64,000 nucleotides of DNA from Desulfuromonadales bacterium (GTDB lineage: Bacteria > Desulfobacterota > Desulfuromonadia > Desulfuromonadales > JAHYIW01), in NCBI GenBank assembly GCA_029210745.1, contig JARGFI010000008.1, forward strand, positions 4,187-68,186, read 5' to 3'. Shown one piece after another: positions 1-7,844 of the stretch (position 1 is its first letter; every line of letters begins with the position of its first letter). The notes under the pieces were generated by a model, which did not search any database, was not told where the DNA came from, and worked only from the letters and a program-made list of their open reading frames with translations. The position numbers and the translations under genes are program-made.

Positions 1-1178
1 GCCAGCATGTAGCTGAACTGCTCGCTCAGCCCCTCCCGGGGAACCTCGCCGAGTGGCGGCGGCTGATACGCGAAGGCACCGTTGGTCTCAAGGGTCAGAA
101 CACCTCCGGCCGCGGTCGTATACCCCGCACCGAGGGGTATGGCCATGCCCCCCTGCCCGGCGGCGGTAACTTGCACCGGCGCATCGCCAGGGCTATCGTT
201 CGCCAGTAAATTGCCGGTGACAACGGCGCCCCCTTCGTCGGCTGAAACCATGTCATCGAGCGCGGCCGGCAACCGATTCACTTTCTCGCCGGTTCGGGCG
301 AAATAGACTTCTTTCGCGACATCCAGGGCAACAGCAATGGTGTCCGCCAGGATGCCGGCCAACAGGTCACCGGAAACCGCCTGGCCGACGGCAAGGGCCC
401 GCTCCAACTCCGAAACCGTCAGCTGGCAAAGCCGAATCGATGTGGCCAGCCTGTCACCCAGCGAAAACTCCGGACTGACCTCAGCGAGGAACTGCTGCAA
501 GAGCTGCTCGTCCAGGGTGTCCTGAACCATGCTGACGGCATCCGCAAAATAGGGGAAGTTAGTCTCGTAAGGATTTACCTGGTCAATGAATTTGGGGATA
601 TCCAGAAACATGAGATAGACCCCGGCGGCCAGATTGGACTGAAGTAACCGCAGGGCCTGTTGATCGATTTCGCCTCCGGCAGCGACAAGCCCCCGCATGG
701 GATCCCGGAACAAACCGTCTCGCTGCAATCCCGGCAAGCCGGAATTATCAAGAAGAGCGATCAGTTCGTCCGGGGTCACGTTGTTGGCGAGGATCGTGGT
801 CAGCGGCGAGACGATAAACGGTCCCTTCTGCCCGGGATCGACTCGACGCAACAGCATCCCCGTATATGGCATCCCACCGTGCACACCTCTTTCCGAAGCT
901 TGCAGCCTTATGACGGAACCGACTGAGATTTCACCGGGAAAGTAAAATCGGCCCTGACTGTCGGATCGCGTCGAGTTCGCCTGCAAGACAGTTCGACCGT
1001 CTGCGGCCACCTCTTCGAATAGTGCATCAACAACATACGGATCTACAGCGATGGCTGCATTCGATCCGGACGAGTTTCCCTTGAAATCCGCGGAATCCCT
1101 GTCAGCACAGCCAGTCACCAGGCTGAAAAAAACCGCCACCACCCCAAGGAACGCAAAGAGCAATCTACGAAAGACCAT
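1..1178 (-). CDS. Lipoprotein with C-terminal cadherin/VCBS-like repeat region (3' end runs off the window)
   Basis: My own translation of the minus strand from ATG at 1178 gives MVFRRLLFAFLGVVAVFFSLVTGC, a signal peptide with lipobox LVTGC. The distal part reads VVTGNLLANDSPGDAPVQVTAAG, a motif typical of VCBS/cadherin-like adhesin domains. It is absent from the ORF track because it is truncated by the window edge. Confidence 0.6.
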   Translation of the reverse strand, partial: MVFRRLLFAFLGVVAVFFSLVTGCADRDSADFKGNSSGSNAAIAVDPYVVDALFEEVAADGRTVLQANSTRSDSQGRFYFPGEISVGSVIRLQASERGVHGGMPYTGMLLRRVDPGQKGPFIVSPLTTILANNVTPDELIALLDNSGLPGLQRDGLFRDPMRGLVAAGGEIDQQALRLLQSNLAAGVYLMFLDIPKFIDQVNPYETNFPYFADAVSMVQDTLDEQLLQQFLAEVSPEFSLGDRLATSIRLCQLTVSELERALAVGQAVSGDLLAGILADTIAVALDVAKEVYFARTGEKVNRLPAALDDMVSADEGGAVVTGNLLANDSPGDAPVQVTAAGQGGMAIPLGAGYTTAAGGVLTLETNGAFAYQPPPLGEVPREGLSEQFSYML

Positions 1179-1322
1179 GACCGTTCTCCAAATTGATGTT
1201 GAAATTCGTACTGACCAAACAGAAGCCGTGAAAGTAATTCATTATAAATGCATATTTAATGCCAAGATTCGCGCATTACGCTATTTTTACAAGAAAGCTC
1301 TTTTCATAAGTATAACAAACAC

Positions 1323-1397
1323 TGTTAAAAAGTGTTGAAAAGCCCTCTGATTGAACCAGTTTTTAGTGGCCCCTAACGCCTTTAGGGGCATTTTTTT
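1323..1397 (+). ncRNA. Candidate small RNA (orphan promoter-like element plus intrinsic terminator)
   Basis: TTACAA-18 nt-TATAAC at 1287-1316, followed about 50 nt later by a strong terminator. There is no plus-strand CDS upstream. No homology evidence is available. Confidence 0.25.
1369..1397 (+). terminator. Rho-independent terminator (orphan)
   Basis: Stem gcccctaa (1369-1376) pairs with ttaggggc (1382-1389), with a 5-nt loop, then a ttttttt run (1391-1397). Confidence 0.6.
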
Positions 1398-1646
1398 GTA
1401 AATTCCCGCTACCAGTAATGATGCACTCGCAAAAAAAAGTTAGATAAGTACCTAAAAATAAACACAATTTTGTAAACAAGTGGACTTTCAAGTCCAAGGG
1501 AGTCCCCAGTGTCGCACAAAAGATGCGACAGCTCTCTATGAACGTCCGGTCGGTTCTCGATTATCTGCGGATGAGTAAAAATTCTTCGGTGCCAAGATCA
1601 TGTCCGTGTTAGAACAAATTTGCCGTGGATTGGAAGAGGCTTGCGG

Positions 1647-1675
1647 TTGACGGTTGATCCTTCAAACGATATACT
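1647..1675 (+). promoter_or_regulatory. Sigma70-type promoter candidate for proVWX
   Basis: TTGACG (1647-1652), 17-nt spacer, TATACT (1670-1675). It lies about 300 nt upstream of the proV ATG. Confidence 0.45.
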
Positions 1676-1982
1676 CGACGAATTGAGGTGACATCCCTGC
1701 CGGGGTGTTTTTACCTTCTCCCGCAGGGGGGTCGTCAAGACCATCACCGCGTGTGATGTTTGCGCAGATTTCCCGTCCAATCAGAGTAACGCCGGTCCGA
1801 GAATATCCTCTCCGACAGGTCGCGGAGTGCTCTGTCCTGACTTGAAAATATTCGTTCCAGGGACACTGCTGTGGTGGAGTCCATCGTCGTGCAGCATTCC
1901 CCTCTATGAGTTTGATCAACATCTCCGGTCCGGTGGCATCCGAAGAGATTCCACTCCTGACCGGGCAACGAAAGGTTGTTCC

Positions 1983-3254
1983 ATGGAAAAAGTTAAAATC
2001 CGCGTTGAAAACCTCTACAAGATCTTCGGCTCGCACCCCAGGAAGGCAATGTCGATGCTTAGCGCGGGACTTAACAAGGCAGAAATTTTCGAAAAGACCG
2101 GCTCGACGGTCGGGGTCCAGAAGGCCAGCTTCAGCATCAACCAGGGCGAGATTTTCGTTATCATGGGACTCTCCGGCTCAGGTAAATCAACCATGGTCAG
2201 GATGCTCAACCGCCTGATTGAACCGACCTCCGGCCATGTTTATATCGATGATGACGATATCGTCGCCATGAACGACGAAGAGCTGGTCAAGCTGCGCCGC
2301 GCCAAGTTAAGTATGGTCTTCCAGTCCTTTGCCCTGATGCCGCACATGACTGTCCTGCAGAATGCTGCCTTCGGTCTTGAGATGGACGGCGTCGACAAGC
2401 AGACCCGTGAGCAACGGGCCCTCGAAGCACTCGCCCAGGTCGGCCTTGATCCTTGGGCAGACAGCATGCCGACAGAACTGTCCGGTGGCATGCAGCAGCG
2501 GGTCGGGCTGGCCCGCGGGCTGGCGGTCGATCCTGACATCCTGTTGATGGATGAGGCGTTCTCCGCCCTCGACCCACTGATTCGGACCGAGATGCAGGAT
2601 GAACTCCTCAAACTTCAGGCTAAATCGAAACGCACCATCGTGTTTATTTCCCATGACCTCGACGAAGCGATGCGGATCGGTGACCGGATTGCCATCATGG
2701 AAGGCGGCCGCGTGGTTCAGGTCGGCTCGCCCGAAGAAATCCTGCAGAATCCGGCTGACGATTACGTCCGGGCGTTCTTCCGCGGCGTCGATCCGACCAA
2801 TATCCTGACCGCCGGCGATATTGCCAGCGACAACCAGGTCACGATCAGAATTACCGACGGCAAAAACCCCCGTGCGGCCCTGCAACGCCTGATCAAGCAC
2901 GACCGGGAGTATGGGTTCGTGATCGACAGTGAAGACAAGTTTCATGGCATCGTATCCACAGAGTCGCTGCGCGAATTGATCGACCAGCCGGAGAGTGAGC
3001 ACTCGCTTAAAAACGCTTATATTGACGAGGTCGTGACCGCCAGGGCGGCGGATTCGATGCAGGACATTCTGCCCGAGGTAGCCAACCACGCCTGGGCTTT
3101 GCCGATTCTCGACGATGATGGCAACTACCTCGGAGCTGTTTCCAAAAACCTCTTTTTGCGCACCCTGCAGCGCGGTCAGGCTGGAGATGAACAGGCAGAT
3201 CAACCGTTGGAAGATTTGCAGGCCATTGGTGAAACAACCAAGGATGGAGAGTGA
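1983..3254 (+). CDS. proV: Glycine betaine/proline ABC transporter ATP-binding protein ProV (with C-terminal CBS domains)
   Basis: MEKVKIRVENLYKIFG, Walker A GLSGSGKST, LSGGMQQR and FISHDLDEA are near-collinear with E. coli ProV as I remember it. I chose the start at 1983 rather than the track start at 1827. Confidence 0.95.
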   Translation: MEKVKIRVENLYKIFGSHPRKAMSMLSAGLNKAEIFEKTGSTVGVQKASFSINQGEIFVIMGLSGSGKSTMVRMLNRLIEPTSGHVYIDDDDIVAMNDEELVKLRRAKLSMVFQSFALMPHMTVLQNAAFGLEMDGVDKQTREQRALEALAQVGLDPWADSMPTELSGGMQQRVGLARGLAVDPDILLMDEAFSALDPLIRTEMQDELLKLQAKSKRTIVFISHDLDEAMRIGDRIAIMEGGRVVQVGSPEEILQNPADDYVRAFFRGVDPTNILTAGDIASDNQVTIRITDGKNPRAALQRLIKHDREYGFVIDSEDKFHGIVSTESLRELIDQPESEHSLKNAYIDEVVTARAADSMQDILPEVANHAWALPILDDDGNYLGAVSKNLFLRTLQRGQAGDEQADQPLEDLQAIGETTKDGE

Positions 3255-4099
3255 TTTTTATGAACTTTTTAAACTTTGAAAAAAAATTGATTCCTCTCGA
3301 CGAGTGGGTTCAGGATTTCGTCAACTGGCTGGTGTTCAATCACCGCGATATCTTTCAGACCATCAAGGCCCCGATCGAATATTGTCTGAAGGGCTTCGAG
3401 TGGTTCTTCACCTTTCTGCACCCGACCGTGGTGATCGTCCTCTTTGCCTTTGCCGCCTGGCGTTTTGTCGGCAAGAAGACCACCGTGTTTACGGTTCTGA
3501 CCTTCCTGTTGATCGGCTATCTCGGACTCTGGGAAGAGACCATGATCACCCTGGCAATGGTGATAAGCTCGGTGTTTTTCTGTGCGCTCTTTGGTATCCC
3601 CCTGGGGATCATGTCCGGTCGCAGCGACCGCTTTGAATTGGTTTTGCGCCCGGCACTCGATGCCATGCAGACCATCCCGCCATTCGTTTACCTGGTGCCG
3701 GTGGTCATGCTCTTCAGCATCGGAACGGTCTCGGGAATTTTGGCGACCATTGTGTTTGCCCTGCCGCCGATCGTCCGCCTGACCAGCCTCGGTATTCGTC
3801 AGGTTCACCCGGAGCTCATCGAGGCCGCGCTGGCTTTCGGCGCGACCCCCTGGCAGGTTTTGCGCAAAGTCCAGTTTCCTCTGGCCCTGCCGTCGATCAT
3901 GGCCGGGCTCAACCAGACCCTGATGATGGCTCTGTCGATGGTGGTGATCGCCGCCCTGATCGGTGCCGGCGGCCTCGGCAATCCGGTGGTCCAGGGATTG
4001 AATACGCTGGAGATCGGCTTGGCAACGATTGGTGGTCTGGCGATTGTGTTGCTGGCCATGGTTCTCGACCGGATTACCCAGGGATTTGCCCGAAAATAG
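3251..4099 (+). CDS. proW: Glycine betaine/proline ABC transporter permease ProW
   Basis: Polytopic membrane protein directly after proV with a 4-nt overlap. It has the BPD-type permease EAA-like loop (IEAALAFGATPWQ). The start may instead be the ATG at 3260. Confidence 0.92.
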   Translation: MIFMNFLNFEKKLIPLDEWVQDFVNWLVFNHRDIFQTIKAPIEYCLKGFEWFFTFLHPTVVIVLFAFAAWRFVGKKTTVFTVLTFLLIGYLGLWEETMITLAMVISSVFFCALFGIPLGIMSGRSDRFELVLRPALDAMQTIPPFVYLVPVVMLFSIGTVSGILATIVFALPPIVRLTSLGIRQVHPELIEAALAFGATPWQVLRKVQFPLALPSIMAGLNQTLMMALSMVVIAALIGAGGLGNPVVQGLNTLEIGLATIGGLAIVLLAMVLDRITQGFARK

Positions 4100-4197
4100 T
4101 TCTTTTCACATCACATCAGTTACCAAAGGAGGTCGTTATGCAATGAAATCTGTCACACCATTCTTTTTCCATCAATCTATAAATAAGGGAGAAACCT

Positions 4198-5217
4198 ATG
4201 CAACGAATACTTTTGGTGATCGTCATGCTGTCTCTGACGCTGCCCGCTTTTGCCGCCCATCACCTGCCGGGCAAGGGCGTTGAAGTACAACCTGCCCGCG
4301 CCACCTGGAACACCGGTTATTTTCAGGAGGCCCTGGTTCGGGCCGGACTCAAGGAGCTCGGCTACGAGGTCGAAAAATACAAGGAACTGCAAAATCCGCT
4401 CTTCTACCAGTCGGTCATGCTCGGTGATATCGATTACTGGGCCAACGGCTGGTTCCCGAACCACGTCAGCCAGATGCCCCGGGGCTGGCAAGACCGGATC
4501 GAGGTCGTTGGCTACGTCGTCAAGGCAGGTGGTCTGCAAGGCTACCTGGTCTCCAAAGAGCATGTCGAAAAATACAACATCCAGTCCCTCGACGATTTCA
4601 AGCGCCCCGAAGTCAAGCAGGCCTTCGATGTTAATGGTGACGGCAAGGCAGACCTGACCGCCTGCCCTCCTGGCTGGGGGTGTGAGAAGGTCATTACCCA
4701 TCACTTCGATGTTTATGGTCTTGATGACCACATCAACCCGATCAAGGCGAGCTACTCGGCCAGCATGGCCGACACCATCGCCCGCTACAAAAATGGCGAA
4801 CCGATTTTCTTTTACACCTGGGCACCGAACTGGACGATTGCCAAACTGCAACCGGGCAAGGACGTGATCTGGATCAACGTGCCGGAGATCAAACCGAAGG
4901 AGTCGCAGCTGGCGGGCAAGGATCGTATGACTGTCAGTGGCATTGAGGGGGCCGTGTCCGACCCGCTCAAGACCGGTTTCGTGGTCAGCGACATTCAGAT
5001 CGTGGCCAACAAGAAGTTCCTTGCCGATAACCCGGCCGCCAAAAAGTTCTTCGAGGTTTTCAATCTGGAGTTAAGTGATATTAACGCACAGAACAACAAG
5101 ATGCAGGACGGCGAGAAGTCTCAGGAAGACATCGAGCGACATGTACGGGAATGGATCGCCGCTCATCAGGAACAATGGAACGGCTGGCTGGAAGCCGCTC
5201 GTGCGGCGGCCAGGTAA
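4198..5217 (+). CDS. proX: Glycine betaine-binding periplasmic protein ProX
   Basis: Signal peptide, then LPGKGV, NGDGKADLTACPPGWGCE, RYKNGEPIFFYTW and INAQN, all matching E. coli ProX blocks from memory. Confidence 0.93.
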   Translation: MQRILLVIVMLSLTLPAFAAHHLPGKGVEVQPARATWNTGYFQEALVRAGLKELGYEVEKYKELQNPLFYQSVMLGDIDYWANGWFPNHVSQMPRGWQDRIEVVGYVVKAGGLQGYLVSKEHVEKYNIQSLDDFKRPEVKQAFDVNGDGKADLTACPPGWGCEKVITHHFDVYGLDDHINPIKASYSASMADTIARYKNGEPIFFYTWAPNWTIAKLQPGKDVIWINVPEIKPKESQLAGKDRMTVSGIEGAVSDPLKTGFVVSDIQIVANKKFLADNPAAKKFFEVFNLELSDINAQNNKMQDGEKSQEDIERHVREWIAAHQEQWNGWLEAARAAAR

Positions 5218-5291
5218 GTCGCCTTGATACTCTGTTGATATTTATGTTTGTGCTCAGCGCGACGCTGAGCACCTGCTGTAAAGGAGAAAAA

Positions 5292-6500
5292 ATGCTGAAA
5301 CTTGCACGACTGATTTGTTTGTTGGGGTTCCTTGGCGTCTGTACGACCGGCACCAGTCTGGCTGCGGAGACGGTTGATAATCAGGCCATGATCAAAGAGA
5401 TCGTCGAAGAAGTGTTTGACGCAAAACGACCGATCCATGTCGGCGGTGCTTTGCGTGTTAATTATGGCTACCAGGATTGGGATAACCGGCACGACGAAAC
5501 CTATGGTGATTTCGCCTTTGACCTGTTTCGGCTCGACGTGAATGGTGCGATGGACGACTGGATTCTCTCGGCACAGTACCGTTTCTACCCGGAGTACGAT
5601 TTTCACACCCTCCGTCATGGTTATGTTGGCTATAACGTAAGTGACAACTGGCAGGTGCAGGTCGGTGTACACCAGGTTCCCTTCGGCTTGCAGCCTTACG
5701 CTTCCCATAACTTCTGGTTCAGTGGCGCCTATTACGTTGGGCTGGAAGACGACTACGACATGGGCGTCAAGGGGCTATACAGCAATGGCCCCCTGGATCT
5801 GACCCTGGCTTTCTACAAGAACGCTGAGCTGGGCAGCTCCGGCAACGCCAAGCGCTACTCGATCGATGTCATCAGCAACGCTGACGGGGGCTATGCCGGC
5901 GCCCAGGCTGACGGCAACGAAGAGACCAACCAGTTCAACGGACGCCTGGCTTACACGCTCGACCACAGGGATCTCGGCACCACCGAGTTTGGTGTCTCCG
6001 CTGAGTGGGGCGAGCTGTACAACGGCATCACCAGCGACAGCGGTGACCACTGGGCCACCGGGCTGCACATGAACGGTAACTACGGCAACTGGAACGTGCA
6101 ACTTGAGGCCGCGACGTATGGGTATAACCCTGAGAACCCGGTCGGGTTCAGTGACAACATCATCACCATGGGCGCTTTCGGTTATTCCTGGGGCGTCCCC
6201 GCCGAAGCCGACATCGGCATCGCCAACGTTGCCTATACTCATCCAATGAAGGTGAAGTGGCTCGACAGCATTACCGTTTACTCCGACAACACGATCATCA
6301 AGCCCTCGGCCAGCAACCAGCCGACCATCTGGCAGAACGTGGTTGGCGCCATGTTCGCTTCCGGTCCGGTTTACACCTATGTTGACATCATCTCCGGGGA
6401 GAACATGATCTTCAGCGGCGGCAACATGGTGAATGAGCCCGATGCCAAGAATGACGAGCGGACCACCCGCTTCAACCTCAATATCGGTTACTACTGGTAA
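5292..6500 (+). CDS. Putative outer-membrane beta-barrel porin
   Basis: RBS aaggag precedes the ATG at 5292. It has a signal peptide MLKLARLICLLGFLGVCTTGTSLA, alternating aromatic/Gly-rich strands and a C-terminal NLNIGYYW aromatic terminus typical of OM barrels. No family was recognised. Confidence 0.6.
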   Translation: MLKLARLICLLGFLGVCTTGTSLAAETVDNQAMIKEIVEEVFDAKRPIHVGGALRVNYGYQDWDNRHDETYGDFAFDLFRLDVNGAMDDWILSAQYRFYPEYDFHTLRHGYVGYNVSDNWQVQVGVHQVPFGLQPYASHNFWFSGAYYVGLEDDYDMGVKGLYSNGPLDLTLAFYKNAELGSSGNAKRYSIDVISNADGGYAGAQADGNEETNQFNGRLAYTLDHRDLGTTEFGVSAEWGELYNGITSDSGDHWATGLHMNGNYGNWNVQLEAATYGYNPENPVGFSDNIITMGAFGYSWGVPAEADIGIANVAYTHPMKVKWLDSITVYSDNTIIKPSASNQPTIWQNVVGAMFASGPVYTYVDIISGENMIFSGGNMVNEPDAKNDERTTRFNLNIGYYW

Positions 6501-6530
6501 ACTCCCGGTCGTTCAATCTTCCGACTCCAA

Positions 6531-6560
6531 AAGGTGTGGTCCGATAGCGGGCCACACCTT
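6531..6560 (+). terminator. Hairpin terminator after the porin gene
   Basis: aaggtgtgg (6531-6539) pairs with ccacacctt (6552-6560). The T tail is weak (ttaattct). Confidence 0.45.
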
Positions 6561-6828
6561 AATTCTATGCGTAAAAACCAATCAAGCCGCACGTCTATTG
6601 TTCTTCAGTCATCACGGTTTTATCAATATTTCTTCTGTTCCCGGCTCGTATCATTCCTCAAAAAGTGAACTCAGTCCCACCACAATCAAGGACAAAAATT
6701 CACCTGTCCGTTCAAACCCCTGCCTTTTGTTTTCTTTTTAAAAGCCCTGATCTTGTTCTTTTATCCTGTGACCGGTTGCTGTTATACTCAAGAAAAATCA
6801 GTTGTCTGATGAAGGGATTATATCTCTG

Positions 6829-7806
6829 ATGGAATTACAGGACCGCGCGTTTGAAGGTTTGAACCCCGATGTCGTTCTCGATGCCGTCGAGAGTGTGGGC
6901 TATGAATGCGACTGTCGTATCCTGACCCTTAACAGTTACGAGAATCGGGTTTATCAGATCGGTATTGAGGGGGGTGAACCACTGATCGCCAAGTTTTATC
7001 GTGCCGGGCGCTGGAGTGATGAGCAGATCCTGGAGGAACATCAGTTCAGCTTCGAATTGGTTGAACATGAGCTGCCGGTGGTGGCACCCCTGACGATTGA
7101 CGGTACCAGCCTGTTGCGTTTTGCCGCTATGCGCTTTGCGCTCTATCCGCGCAAGGGCGGCCATGCGCCGGAGTTTGACAACCTTGACAATCTGTTGATC
7201 ATGGGCCGTCTGTTGGGGCGGATCCATGCGGTCGGGGCGACACGACCCTTTGTGCATCGTCCCCAACTGGACAGCAGGAGCTTTGGTTATGACAGCGTGG
7301 CACTGGTCAGCGCGAAATTTGTTCCGCCGGCCTACAAGGCGAACTATGATGTCCTTGCCGCCGATCTGTTGCAGGGTGTCGATGCTCTGCTGTCCGCAAC
7401 GGTGACGAATATCCGCACTCATGGCGATTGTCATGCCGGGAACATCCTCTGGCGTGACAACGCCCCGCACCTGGTCGATCTCGATGATGCCCGCATGGCC
7501 CCGGCGATGCAGGATATCTGGATGATGTTGTCCGGCGACCGCACCAGACAGAGCGTGCAACTGGCAGAGATTGTATCTGGCTACGAGGAATTCCATACAT
7601 TTCAACCACAACAATTACGCCTGATTGAGGCGTTGCGTTCGCTGCGTATCCTGCATTATTGTGCCTGGCTGGCACGTCGTTGGGACGATCCGACCTTTCC
7701 GCATCACTTCCCCTGGTTTAATACTGAACGCTACTGGGGGGAGCACATCCTTGAACTGCGCGAGCAGATCGCGGCGCTGAACGAACCGCAGTTGACGGTC
7801 ATGTAG
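6829..7806 (+). CDS. srkA: Stress-response serine/threonine kinase SrkA (YihE/RdoA family)
   Basis: LNSYENRVYQI, RWSDEQILEEH, HGDCHAGNILW and VDLDDA match the YihE/RdoA family. The ATG at 6829 aligns best with the E. coli N-terminus. Confidence 0.85.
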   Translation: MELQDRAFEGLNPDVVLDAVESVGYECDCRILTLNSYENRVYQIGIEGGEPLIAKFYRAGRWSDEQILEEHQFSFELVEHELPVVAPLTIDGTSLLRFAAMRFALYPRKGGHAPEFDNLDNLLIMGRLLGRIHAVGATRPFVHRPQLDSRSFGYDSVALVSAKFVPPAYKANYDVLAADLLQGVDALLSATVTNIRTHGDCHAGNILWRDNAPHLVDLDDARMAPAMQDIWMMLSGDRTRQSVQLAEIVSGYEEFHTFQPQQLRLIEALRSLRILHYCAWLARRWDDPTFPHHFPWFNTERYWGEHILELREQIAALNEPQLTVM

Positions 7807-7844
7807 CCTCTTTTCGATCACCGTGGGGAATGATATGATCCTAT

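Noticed and set aside
1636-1655. Sigma54-like TTGGAAGAGGCTTGC upstream of proV, and TGGCACTAATGGCAAT at 15189-15204
   Set aside because: The GG-to-GC spacing is 1 nt (first site) or 2 nt (second site) shorter than the TGGCAC-N5-TTGC consensus, so neither fits.
1794-1802. GGUCCGAGA in the proV leader, reminiscent of the ykkC/guanidine-I riboswitch core; glycine-riboswitch-like fragments also considered
   Set aside because: The other conserved blocks (AGGGUUCCG, ACACGGCGGG, AAAAGCCCGGGAGA, or the glycine GGAGAG...CACCGAAGGGGCAA) are absent. This is an isolated 9-mer match only.
1827-1982. N-terminal extensions offered by the ORF track (proV from 1827; likewise 5151, 15176, 28311, 30497, 32956, 35837, 41138, 43278, 46505, 48762, 55769, 60493)
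   Set aside because: In each case an internal start aligns with the known family N-terminus, has an RBS or forms a stop/start overlap with the upstream gene. The extensions run through the preceding gene or leader.
4029-4283. 84-aa ORF bridging the proW-proX spacer; also 38085-38285 (66 aa) in the C/A-rich tract and 1051-1338 (95 aa) opposite the lipoprotein start
   Set aside because: They overlap well-supported genes or low-complexity DNA, and have no RBS and no recognisable sequence features.
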